From: Raillietiella orientalis | Taxonomy: Eukaryota | Reading direction: 5' to 3' | Length of the DNA: 64,000 nt | Assembly: GCA_036172245.1 (NCBI GenBank) | Contig: JAYWIR010000009.1 | Span: forward strand, 2,666,001-2,730,000 | Shown here: positions 51,825 to 62,849 of the stretch, in pieces | Layout: each line of letters begins with the position of its first letter | How positions within the stretch are numbered: position 1 is the first letter of the stretch | Position numbers and translations under genes: made by a program | Notes under the pieces: generated by a model | What the model was told of the DNA's origin: nothing | The model's database searches: none | The model's input: only the letters and a program-made list of their open reading frames with translations

Positions 51825-52260
51825 TTCCCAGGTGACGCCGGACGTTTGTTTAAAAAATAAACTGCAAGTCGGAGGAGAATAGTGTCTCCCCAATGCAAGA
51901 AATGCCAAAGAAAAAGAAGCTTTTAGCTTGCCGGCTTTCATAAAAGTGGGGAACAGAGGTGGGCACAACAAATAAATAAAAAAGACGGGAGGATGGGAAC
52001 AGTGATCTTTGGTTGAAGACGTCCCTATCCTTCCAGAAGAGGCTCTGGGCGGTGGCAATCTCCGTGGAAACTTCTTCTGGAAGATGAGTAATATATATGT
52101 TCGGTTATTTGTTCTGTCTAGAAATATATTTGAGAGACGGTAAGCTAAGAATAAGCCGAACATCCTGGCTCTTAGGCAATTGTGGGTGTCCACGACGTCG
52201 ACGCTGTTCCCCTGGACCAACACCGGCCAGAGAATCGCTCTCCGCAACAGTGGGAGGACG
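51825..52260 (-). mobile_element. Short L1/Tx1 LINE 3' end
   Basis: Tail cccaggtgacgccggacgtttgtttaaaaaataaac followed by UTR-like sequence. Confidence 0.6.
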
Positions 52261-52439
52261 GTGATGCTGGAGTTCTTGAATGAATAACTCCTTGGTGCTT
52301 GAAAAGTGCCATCCCCCCGAGTCATTCAAAATTTTCGCTGCATAAGGGAAATCCCGAAGGGATTCTGTACGATCTTTTAATATCATCGCTCTATGTAACC
52401 AACGCGAGGTGTCGCCGAGCTGGGTCATGCCTTCCCTTG

Positions 52440-52830
52440 TTGCAGCGTTCTCACTTGAGCAAAAGTCTTCCGTTCATGTGTTCATCGATGACGGTACTTC
52501 AGTTTTCTGTCGTACATGTTCCGCACCTCTTTCCGTTGGCCGTAATGTTGCTGCGACAGGTCCACCAACCCCTACTGACCCGGAAGAATGCTTACAGCAC
52601 TTACAACACCCAGTGTTTGTGCCAAACGAAACCAAGTCTATATTCTTTGACGTCATTTGTGGTCTTTTCCGAACCACCGTACGGAGGGCGTACCGGAAAA
52701 GATGCTTCACTCTCGGTCCTTAACAGCCTGAAGCAGTTGTCCACTGAAAAGTTCATGGCCGCTCTGGATGTGTCAGGCCGACACATCCTCTGATGTCATT
52801 CAAGCAAGATTGTTTGGAAGCTGCTCCGGT
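52440..52830 (+). pseudogene. rep: CRESS Rep helicase half (nanovirus-like)
   Basis: SVHVFIDDG (xIxWxxDxxG), KSIFFDV (IIFD) and SVLNSLKQLSTEKF...RHIL (VLExLKxGxxxSxKY...PHV). Confidence 0.5.
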
Positions 52831-53119
52831 TGTCGAGTTCGGACATCTCTTGGAGCTCTGCCCAATGCGGGTATTGAGAAACACCCACTCTGCCTTGCTG
52901 GGCGCTCCTGGCCCTTAGTAGTGGACACGGGAAAAGGAACAAGATCCTCAATGCATCCGTCTTTTGCCACACAGTGAGCGAAGCAACGCCCGATACTTAA
53001 TGATCTCCTCTGGAAATGTGCAGCTGGATTCCCCAGACACTTCCGCTTCCAAGCCAGCCCTGAATGTGGAGTCACAGCAAGATGCAAGAGGACGCACCTT
53101 TTGGATTCCATAGTTAGTT

Positions 53120-53760
53120 GGTTTGACGTCACTGCACATCCCAAGGATTCCTGCAAGTTCCTTCATCCAAACAAGCGGACAAATACGAAGGCATTTGGAC
53201 GGCTACGTCGAAAACAAAGGCTCCATTTATGTCCGTCTCCAATATACTTCTCGTGGAGAGCGCGTGGTACTGGATAGAGGTGTACGCTCCACTGTACATC
53301 ATCGAATCAAACAGCTCTCCTCTACCAGTGGAATCTTCTCGGAGGAAATGCACAATGGAAATCCTCCAAACGATTGCCGAAGGTCATGTAAATGACTTCG
53401 GAGGCCTTGCCGTGCTGTGTCGAACCTCGTCTGCAGCGCCCAGTGCTGATCCTCCGTGCCACCGAAGAGAGGCCGGAGAGATGGCTATTATCTATGAGCC
53501 ACTTTTGAATTTTGCGGGAGCGGCACTTCTCGTACAGTCGTAGATGCATCCATCACTCGCCCCTGCGGAGTTCAACGCACGAGACGCGCATGAGCAGAAT
53601 GCATGTCTTCGGCTGAACCACCGCCTTCAAATAGGTGTGCGAAAGACTTTTACGGGCAGTCCGTGTACAATCTGTCGATGATTCAGAGGATGCTTAAGAT
53701 GCTCACCTGTTGACTGCAAAGTTGGGACCTTCCTGCATCTTCCGCTTCGTTTTCCTTTCT
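53120..53760 (+). pseudogene. rep: CRESS Rep (circovirus-like), decayed
   Basis: SGQIRRHLDGYVE (GxxHLQGYVE). Later, DFYGQSV and, across frameshifts, VDD-FRGCL (DGYxGQxVxIxDDFxG). Confidence 0.6.
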
Positions 53761-53810
53761 TTCTTCCATGATGAAACAACGTGCACGATTCGAGTTCAGG
53801 CTGGGAAACG

Positions 53811-53857
53811 CTTGCCATAACTTTCTCTTGCCTGGATCTCTTTTGGTTCACGGAGAA
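53811..53857 (+). repeat. 47-bp exact direct repeat, copy 2
   Basis: Identical to 49124-49170. Confidence 0.95.
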
Positions 53858-54049
53858 TATGAATTAATTTAAGAAAAAATTAATTAACATCGCCTTCTCA
53901 TCCCTGCATCCTTCTCCGATTTCGAATGAGCTTTTTTTTAAAGCACCACGGCTAGTTTCATGAGATGGCAATCACTGACTCGACAAATGACCTCAGCGTC
54001 ATCTCACTGACCTAACCATGATCAGACTGGACGAAAATAAGCAAGCAGT

Positions 54050-54660
54050 GAAGGAGAAGCAAAGAAGGAAGGATTCCGTTCAACGAGACGAAACTTTCCG
54101 AGTCCACAGAGCTCTTGGAAAAATCCAAGTACCTCGCACTGATTCAGCACGCGCGTTAGGAAACTATGTCGACTATAATGTATCATTTGATGCTGTACCT
54201 AGGCATTCTTGGAACTCTCTTGAAAAACCATGTCCTTCATCAACGCCCTTCGAGGTGTGTTTCAGGGATCGAAAAAGGTTTTAAAGAAAAGTCGACTCTG
54301 CAAAAGAGCTCTCCGGAGAAGTGTTCGTCCATGCGTGCATCTTTCGCACGGTGCTTCACGAGTCTGGGTGGGTTCATCAAATAGGGTTGTGCTTTCAATC
54401 CAGGAAGAGCGAGGAAAATGAAGCCATCGAAGGAAACCCGCGAAAAGAGGGTTTCCCACTTATTGCCATTCGTGCCGGTGGCACCAACTCCCGGGATGTG
54501 CACACGCTGAAGATTCATCGCGTCGAGGCGTAACCGACGACTTTCACAAGGGATGGTGACCATTCGTCGGTGCACCACGAGCAACGAGCAAACAAACACA
54601 GGGGACTACCTTCTCTTAGCAAAGTCCAACCTTTCTCATACAGCTAAGGTATGATCTGGC
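54050..54660 (+). pseudogene. rep: CRESS Rep (nanovirus-like), decayed
   Basis: DETFRVHRALGKI (motif II), NRVVLSIQEERGK (RxIxWxxxxxG), LSQGMVT (LKxGMV) and LLLAK. Confidence 0.5.
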
Positions 54661-54849
54661 AACCCTGGACACATGGCGGATGGACGTGCTCGTGATGTGA
54701 ACCTATGTTGGCAGAGCGATGCAGAGCTTTGAGCGGGTGTTTGGCTGGCTGGAATGGGTGTCAGTCGTGATAGAGCAGTTCCGTGGTCCAGCTGCAGAGA
54801 ACGCAAGAATGGAAAGTTCCCATCCGGCGGCCGTCTTCCTTCGTCGGCC

Positions 54850-55350
54850 AGTTCCCAAGAGCAACCTGCGTTCCAAAAACATGAATTCCCGTGGTCCTGG
54901 GATGCTGCGAATTTGCAAGTCACTCCGGACAGCGTTTCCATGATCACACCAGTAATTGAAAGATGGAGTTTGAGCAAGCTCTAATAAGGGTTTCGATTTT
55001 GACAACTGGCTTGCAGGAGCCTGTCCATGTTCCACGGTAACCCTTCCATCCTGGTTGATAAGGGCAACTAATGGAGATCGATGATAAGTAACTGCTGCAA
55101 ATTATGGGAGCGAGAAAATCATCTGGAATACATATGTGTGGAAGAAGAAAAAAACAGGAAAGCAATTCGTCATCTCTGCATGCTCATCGATTTTTGCTAG
55201 GGGAAATTTGGACACTCGTTTGGATGCTCCTCTCGCCTTCCCCAAATCCGTTCTGCTCACTTCCAGGTCGATCGTGCGATTCGACCTTGCCGCCATCAAA
55301 AAGCCCTGAAACACACATTTCCATACATTTTTTTCTCCCAGCAGCACGGA
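54850..55350 (-). pseudogene. rep: CRESS Rep (circovirus-like), decayed
   Basis: GEKNVWKCVFQGFL (motif II xxQGF) and LGKARGAS (ExARG) in 55102-55347(-), then WKGYRG (WDGYxG) and METLSGVTCKFAAS (VETKGGxxxFxA). Confidence 0.6.
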
Positions 55351-55359
55351 AGATAATTA

Positions 55360-56100
55360 ATGAGCGATGCCTTCTGCTATCAGGACGGCATCAGATTTCA
55401 GGGAGATCGAGGAGGCGGGAAGTGCTGCTGGCAGCAAATTGCAACCCAATCGGCCGGCAGAGGCACACGGACGTATTCCTTCCGGTGCTTGGCGATTTGC
55501 TTATCAACAGCTGACACCAAAGCACGCTTCTTCCGTGTCTGCTGCGAGCTTCGGCTCCTCTTGCACTGGGGAAGGGCTCCAGGTGGAAGCAAGCGGCTGC
55601 ACCGCGTCTCCGGCTGCACCAGGGTCCTGACGAAGCGCGTAGCATCTGTTGCTGAATTGCGCCGATTGGGGGAAGGGGGAGTGGGGAGCCACTGGCATCG
55701 GCACCTTTGAGGGCGTGCTCGCCGAAGAGCTCGCGAGCTGGTCCCTCGCCTGCCGAAGCTTCGCGATCGCAACATCGGTGGCCGTGCGATGAGAAAGCGC
55801 GGTCGCCGCGCTCTGTAGCCGAGGAGCCACTGGCTCCACTGTCTTTCTTCCTTTCGAAGAAGGCCTGCAGGTGATCTGAAAGTCGCCACCATCATCTTGC
55901 GGGGGTTTTGGAAGAGGAGCACGAACCACCCACTGTTAAGTTGTTGGTGTATCTTTCCGCTCCCACCCATGCTCGGGGCAAGGTCTTTCTCCGCAGGTCG
56001 GCAAACCCTCCCAAATCAACGTCCTTTCCTGTGTGTGTGTGTGTGTTTCGCTATTTTTGGCCGGCAAAGAACTATGTGACCCGGAGTGACCTCATCCCTG
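55360..56100 (+). mobile_element. L1/Tx1 LINE 3' fragment
   Basis: LLLHWG, ctgcaccagg zinc-finger region and a 3' motif merged into the palindrome at 56080. Confidence 0.65.
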
Positions 56101-56125
56101 TTACCCGGGATGAGGTCACTCCGGG
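56080..56125. repeat. Perfect inverted repeat, 19-bp arms, 8-nt loop
   Basis: cccggagtgacctcatccc / gggatgaggtcactccggg. Confidence 0.95.
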
Positions 56126-57099
56126 CGTCACGTAGTAACTAAATAAAGACAGAAAATAAGTAAGTAAATAATAGTAATTAAATAAAGACAGAAGAGTTGA
56201 AGACCGGCGTGCATCGATCCAAACCCAATGCTAAAGGCTGCCCTCGCAGGGGACACAACTACAGAAGACTGCAGGAGGGGAACAATGGATCAAAAAGGAC
56301 ATAAGGAATGGAACGGATCGGTCTGACGGCACTCATCTGGATTCCTGGAGGCATTCGCCCGGCAGGCAAGGGACGGAAGGTGGTGGTGCACTCACCGGTT
56401 TCGACTTCGCCCGCCCCCAAATGTGCCCTTCGCCCGCTTCTCCCTCGCATCCCGCTTCCCGGATTGGGCCATTCCATCGCACCCTTCATTCGCCGGGATG
56501 CCGGCCGCATTCTTCCTCCTTCCATTTCCAGCGGTCACCGTTTCTCGTAATGAGCTGCAGAGCATCGTCAGGGGCGAGGAGACCGGCAAGCGTGGAGGCG
56601 TAAACATCCCTCTGAAGTGGTCTTCTGGAACGGCTTTGTGGAACCAAAGTGCCTCTTTGCGATGCGTCCCCTTCTCTGATACCGGCAGTTCTTTGGAGAC
56701 CCTCAGCAGGATCTCTGAGAGTACTTCGTTCCAAAGGCGGGATGCTGTCCAATGTCCCGCTGGCTTGGTGACCTCGGAGATACGGCGGGTCGCCCCCCAC
56801 GCCTTAGGAGCATCTTCTCTTCTTCCTTATCCCAACGATGAACGTTTGACACCCTCCATGGTGTCTCGCGCTGGGATGGGCCAACCTCTTTCAGAATGCC
56901 GGCGAGGGGGAGTTCATCCAGACGAATGAGGGCCTGCGCCAGGTCACGCTAGGTGAAAAGCCTTCGCGATCCCCTCTCAACAGCCACCCAATCCGCGATG
57001 ATGATTCTCATGTTGCCTCTTCGGATTCCTGAGCACTCTCTGGGATAGCACGGAGCCTGAGATCGGGAGTTTTCGAGTTTCTCCTTGTTCCCGGAAACC

Positions 57100-58790
57100 C
57101 GAATCTTCCGCATACTCTCTGAATTTCCATGACAACGTTGATTTTCTTGAATGCGTCCCACGTGTCAGCCGGCGTCGCACACAGCCCTCTCACGCCCACG
57201 ATCCTTCCGGAGGGAAACGCGCCGTCTGTGGGCAACTTTCTCGACGAAAAGCATTCCCTGCTTCCGACGAATCAAAGTCATCATGGCAGACGGAGCTTCC
57301 GTCGTGTCCATCCGACGTTCGCGCAGCATCCGATGCTGCGCGAACCGTCGTTTTCATTTGCAGAGCCTCAGAGGATCCGAGCTGGCTATCCGGTCTAGGG
57401 AGACGGCTCCTGCACTCACAGGAATCTGCATTCAGTGGCAAAGTCCAAGTCCGTTGGCTTACCTGCGATGTTCGGCTCCAGAAAATGCATGCGTTTGGTT
57501 TCCGCTGGGGATCCTCCAGGAAAGGTGCGTAGGGTTGGTCGTAAGGGGGCACCGGAGCGGAAGCTGATGAGGAAATCAGGAATCTGTAGGTTCCCGAATT
57601 TTCGAATGTACTCCCTCCGCAACGTGCCGTCTGTTGGACTGATGTGCCGCGCACCCTCACCTTTTCCCGGATTCCTGAAGTCCAACCATGGATCGCCTGC
57701 TGCCCGCTGAGCAGCCATGCCTGACCGCAGGAGGCTGCTGAGTCCTTGGCTGCATTCCGGGGAATGAGCCCGGAGTACCTTTGCCACTTGCTACCGCAAC
57801 CTTTACAAGTAGTGGACCCTGACTACCACACCCCTTGCTGCAGCGCTCTCTCTTCCCTGAGGGAAAGTCACGACAGCTGCCAACCGGCCAGGCGGGAGTT
57901 TTCCAGCACCCTCTCAGGGGAGAGAAAACTCTTTGAAGGCCGGAAGATCTGCGAGTTGGAGGACGCTAACACTCCTCGTGGCTACGAGACTCCATCGGTG
58001 TGGTAAAATTCTGAGTGCTGCCTCCCTAGGAGCTTGTGGTCCCTCCCCAACGTCTGGAAGCCAGGACGCGTTCCCACTCTCCGGGAATCAGGTTGTGCTG
58101 CTCTTCCTTCACTGGGGATCCCAGTGCAACGAGCGCCGTCACTTCGTTTCCGCAGGGGTTGCATCCCCAAACTGCTCCAGGTGCGGGTCGGAGGAATCGT
58201 TGCCGGCTATCTGCTTTTGGAATGCGATTCTTCTTTCACGACGGACTCCCGACTGGCGCGGTGGTGGCAACGCTGGATGGTTGCATCCGCGTCACCATCA
58301 CAGCCAGTCATGTCTTGCAGGCGTCGTAGACGCAGCAAAGGGAGGTCGCAGTGATGGTTGCTGCCTACATGAAGACGGCTGCAAAGTGACCTCATTTGAA
58401 ACATGAAGTGAAGGAGCATGGCATCCAGAGCCGGTTTGAGGAGAGCCAGGAACGGCGGACACCGATGACTCTTGTCCCAGCCTGGCTTTACTTATTTATT
58501 TTTCTCCCGTTTCCGACTCCTTTTGGTTCAGTGTCTTTCCTGGTTTTCATATATTCATCCCGGTGCATAGAAGCTACCCTAAAGATCCTTGTCCCACATC
58601 CCCCGTATTCCCTCATTTTTTTCTTTGTCCTCTTTCCTCTCTCTTCAATGCCAGACTTTCGGATAACCCGACCTGCGTGCTGGTGGACCTTCACTCAGAA
58701 CTTCTTTTGTCTTCGGTTGGGAACCAGAGTCTTCCAGACTGGTTTACTTTTATGAAGCCAACGCTTCGTCGTGACCTGGAGAAAAACTTC
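57100..58790 (+). mobile_element. L1/Tx1 LINE (decayed RT C-terminus, zf-RVT and 3' UTR)
   Basis: LFLHWG...SPNCSRCGSEESL, upstream KSKS and YLCHLLP remnants, and a tail variant cgtcgtgacctggag. Confidence 0.7.
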
Positions 58791-59589
58791 AGCGTGGATG
58801 CCGCGAGAGGGGTGACGGGACGTGTCTGTTCTTTGCAGCTTCCCACCCGTAAGATTCGAGTGTCTTTTAAGAAGTACTCGTACTTTGAGAGGAAACACCG
58901 AAAGAAGAAAGAAAGCATTCAGTGAGTGAAACGCAAAGCACATGCTAACATCAGTGCTCTAGAAAACTCTGAAGTGCACAACCGAAGGTGTTCAGTTAAT
59001 TAGCTTTACGTTCCATTCATCGTTTGCATCAAGCCTGAATGCTACACTATGATATTCGTGCAACTGGCAGGTGTATCTTGACGTAAAACCGCATCTACTG
59101 CAGCAGAATCTCCATGGAAACCGGTGAAGTCGCTTCCCACTCCTTTTCGCTCCGTACCCTTCCTGTTTTTTATATATTCGTACCTATGTATACGGAGCGA
59201 CACCAAAGTCCCTCGCCCCATCCTCCCATCCCTCCTATACGCTTCACCCTTCTGCCCCGCCTCGTTCCGGACTTTTTGAATATCTCGACCGGCGTGCTCC
59301 CCACTGTTTTTTTTTTTTATTTTTTCTTTGTGGAACAAACGTCGCGGCTGGCCGTGTGGATAATTCTCGAAGGTGCCACCGAAGTATTCGCTCTTGCGCG
59401 GCTGCCCGTGCCCCACTTCCGGGATCCGAGGCGCTTTGCGCAGCGCTTCCGGCCTTGCGCGTCCGATGGGCGCGTCGGTGGGAGAGACACCGACGGGCGA
59501 TGCGACTACCGCAAAGCCGGATCGAAAAATTCAGCATCCGAATTCGAATTTCGATGAATTGGGTCCCCGTGGACCCTCCCTCCCTCCTG

Positions 59590-59910
59590 CTCCATCATGG
59601 AGGTCATGAACGTCAGGAGCTGCGTCTCGCTGAATTTTTTTTTTTTTTTCCCCCCCCGAGTCCTCGCGTTTTTATCACCTTCCTGCGGGAGCATCCGACT
59701 TTGTATGAATTGCAGATGGAAACCCCCGGGTCTCGACTGCCTCGGCTCTTGACACTTTTATTCAATTATCTGACAAGAATCTTCAGCATCACCTGCAGAC
59801 GAACTTCGGGCGGGAATCGCTCGTTCCAAGAGCGGCAAAAAAGGAAAGGCAATAAGAAAGCGGGTAGGTCGCAAGCAGATCCAGGGAAGTGCGCGTTCCC
59901 GAAGAGGCTA
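59590..59910 (-). repeat. Second copy of the 46420-46840 repeat
   Basis: Direct nucleotide similarity over about 300 bp. Confidence 0.7.
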
Positions 59911-60736
59911 TGGGAGATTTTTCGAGGGGGGATGTGAGCGAAGGTCCTGAGGTGTTTGAGATTTCGGTTGATAAATATCCTTTTTTCATGGACGGCAGCG
60001 ATTCCCTCTTATCGTCTGTAGCTGCGCGGATGCGATAGCTTTTATCAGGAGATCAGTTCACGCGGTCGCATATTGATGCTGTGTAGCACAACTTCCTGAA
60101 GAATGGGGCTGTGGGCGTGCCCCGCGTTTTGCAGTTCCGGAGTTTTTCCCGATCGTGGCCTCCTTTCAGGCGTTCGGTCAAGATCAAGTGCTCTCCTGCT
60201 CCTATCTGCGCAATCACGGGAAAGAGGGAAGAAAGGAAAACGGCCATTTTATTTTTATTTTTTTTTCTTGCCCTTTCTTCAGCACGGCGAGCACAGGTTC
60301 TCTTGGTGCGACGGACATCCACACCTGCCTTTTGCGTCGCCCATCTCATTTCTTTCAGGAGATCACGGTCCATTCTCAGTGCTGCTAGTGGCCATTACGT
60401 TCCTAAGCTGACCAAAGGCAGCTGGAGACTCGCCCACGTGGTGAAAGAACCGTGTTGTTTCACGTTCCAATCGAATTGCTCATTGCGAAAAAGTTTGTTA
60501 GTGAGCAGTTCCGACACGGACATAAAGTTGATGGATGGGATGTCGAGGAAGTAGGAAAACATCGCCGAGGGTCCGCTGCCCCATAGGGAAAGGAAGGCAC
60601 CATCCGAAACGAAACCGATTGGGGAAATGTGCCTGACGGGCAAAAACGCAAGAGGCCCACGTTGGCGGCGCCATGTGGATGCAGCCTTCGTCAGGATGAC
60701 GCTGGTTGTCTCGCGGGCTTCGAGTGTGCCACTGGT

Positions 60737-61602
60737 TGACATCCGGTCAAGCCGATGCATTTATTTATAAAATAAACATCCACTTCTGCGGCAGGACATT
60801 CGATCCCGCCAAGTTACTTATAACTACCAAAAGGAACCTGCTGGGAACTGGCACGCAGAGCAGCAGGGTCACCTCGGCAGTATAGGGGAAGAGAAGACAA
60901 ACAAAAAGAAAAAAATGAGGGGGAGGTCGGGAAGAGATCACTGTGTGCTGGATGGTGTCCTCTGCATCCTTGTAGGGATGCCGGCAAGTTCGGCAAGTTG
61001 TTTTAAGACTCCCAGATGTGGCCATCTTGATGCTTTCCTCATGAAGAGGACATCAACGTAAATGGCGTCCCTGTCGTTCTGTCCTCCTCGGGCGTTGTGC
61101 CATGCAACCACGGTCCCGCCACGTGGGCAGCAAAGTGCTGCTGAGGATGCGGCCGGCGTGAGGGCGTCGCTCAGGAAGAGGCGCTTTCAAACCTCTCTGG
61201 AGTTGCCACCGAGGTTCCAAGGGTCGCGGCAAAGCGACTCCAAAGGACAACACAGTCTACTTTTACACCCGGGTGCGCCGGGACGTTTATTTTTTAGTAA
61301 AAACAAACAAGCAAGTGTAGGGCTATTGCCCCTACAGCGTCCTAAAAAAATGTTCTAATAAAGAGTCTGAAATTGCCGAGTAGCAAGCACGCAGGCTGGC
61401 GAGTTCGACTCGGCAGCGGGGGGGGGAAAGGACAAATAAAAACAAAAAGAAAACACTATGGCGGGGCCGGAGGTAGTTCAGCAATTGCGTGTCGTGTGGA
61501 TCCTCGGTAAAGCAATGAACACAGTCTACTAGGAGGTGCGGGAGGAATTCCCTCTGCTTGCACCTTGCACAGCCCAGTGATGCCGGCGGGCGTTGCACGG
61601 GG
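60737..61602 (-). mobile_element. Two adjacent short L1/Tx1 3' ends inside a SINE
   Basis: Two tails (60737-60780 and 61262-61310), CARCKQREFLPHLLVDC, and exact gtgtgccactggt at 60724-60736 and 61603-61615. Confidence 0.8.
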
Positions 61603-62230
61603 GTGTGCCACTGGTGGAAGACGGAAACCGGATGCCCCCGTTGGCTAACAAGGATTGGAATTGGACCCTCCCTGGTCCTTTCAGGAACCCAGGAGTCCGT
61701 TCCCTTCGAAGTTTACCTCCGGTTGTGAAAATGGAGCCGTTTTCTTCCCCCATTGCGTGCCATGGAGCTGGTTGGTACCTTTTGGAGAGTTGCCTCTCCA
61801 GAGTGTCAGACATCCGCTGCTCCATTCGGAGAGCGATCCTTCTGAGAAATTGGGAAGCATCCCTTCAGAGTTTCCTTTGGAGGAGTAAACAGGGAGAGAA
61901 TCCTTTCTGGGTTCCCTTCGGAGACAACCACGATGCAGGGTTTCTTTCGGAGCTCCCTCCCAAGCGTGTGAGGAACGGACTCCTTCCTCCGGAGCACTCC
62001 CTGCATTCACAGGTTACCCCGGAGGGAGCCCTATAACTTGAAGAGTCACACGCACCCTCAGGTGGCGTCGACAACGTGCAAAACTTCGTGAGCCTTCACA
62101 AAGGAGGCGAAGGGTTCTTAAGCACTTGGCGTACCAAATAAACGAAAACCCGAAAAAAAAAAAAAAGTTGGTAGGAAAGCAGCAAAAACAGGAGGGCCCA
62201 AAAGGATTTCCGCCACCCTAACGAAATCCT
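61603..62230 (+). mobile_element. SINE 3' part (5' part at ~60690-60736)
   Basis: ccgttggct...tccggttgtgaaaatggagccg body and 3' module. Confidence 0.8.
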
Positions 62231-62379
62231 ATGGAAGAATAGCACCAAACACCCGTGTTTCTGATGTTCGGAGAAATCAGTGCGTCAAAAGAACTCTTGA
62301 AGAAGAAAAAAAGTACCCTTAAAGGGCTAGCAAAGGAAGACTGATTTATGCGGTGGAACAGCTAGCTACCCTGTACCAG

Positions 62380-62800
62380 CCCGCGAGTCTACGAGATGCA
62401 ATCAACAAGCGATCGAGGCAAATTATCAACGCAGCCAACTCAGAAACAGCAGGTTCCTGGGAGACTCAAAAGAGTGGCCCGGCGATGGGACGCAGGGCAG
62501 CAACATAGAATGATAACTTGCGAGGAATGCAGAGCCTGTCGAGGGAAAGGGAGAAGCGGTGCAGATCCGAGGTACAAGCAGAGAACACTGTTGCTCCTCC
62601 CCTTTGAGCTTCTGCAAAGAGGAGCCACGAGCGACCTTAAGAGGAACAGCACAAGTAGCTTGGAACTGCCGGCAAAGCGTGAGCTGGCCATGCTCTGTCT
62701 GCATCTCGTTCACTTGCCCCGCCCATTTTCACAATGTCCCGTCTGCAGCAACTCGCCACGGTTGTGTGCGTTCTCCTGCTCCTCCGACCCGAGCGACCTT
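62380..62800 (-). mobile_element. L1/Tx1 LINE fragment
   Basis: Nucleotide similarity to internal parts of the 7000-7250(-) and 35850-36250(+) LINE copies. Confidence 0.45.
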
Positions 62801-62849
62801 TCATCTTGCAAGGTGGCTTGAGAAGAGCATCTTAGTGGGAGACACAGCA

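Noticed and set aside
52100..52750. CRESS capsid on the minus strand (ILKDR), also considered for 44200-44650
   Set aside because: Only short chance-level matches, while the plus strand carries ordered Rep motifs. A capsid is not fully excluded.
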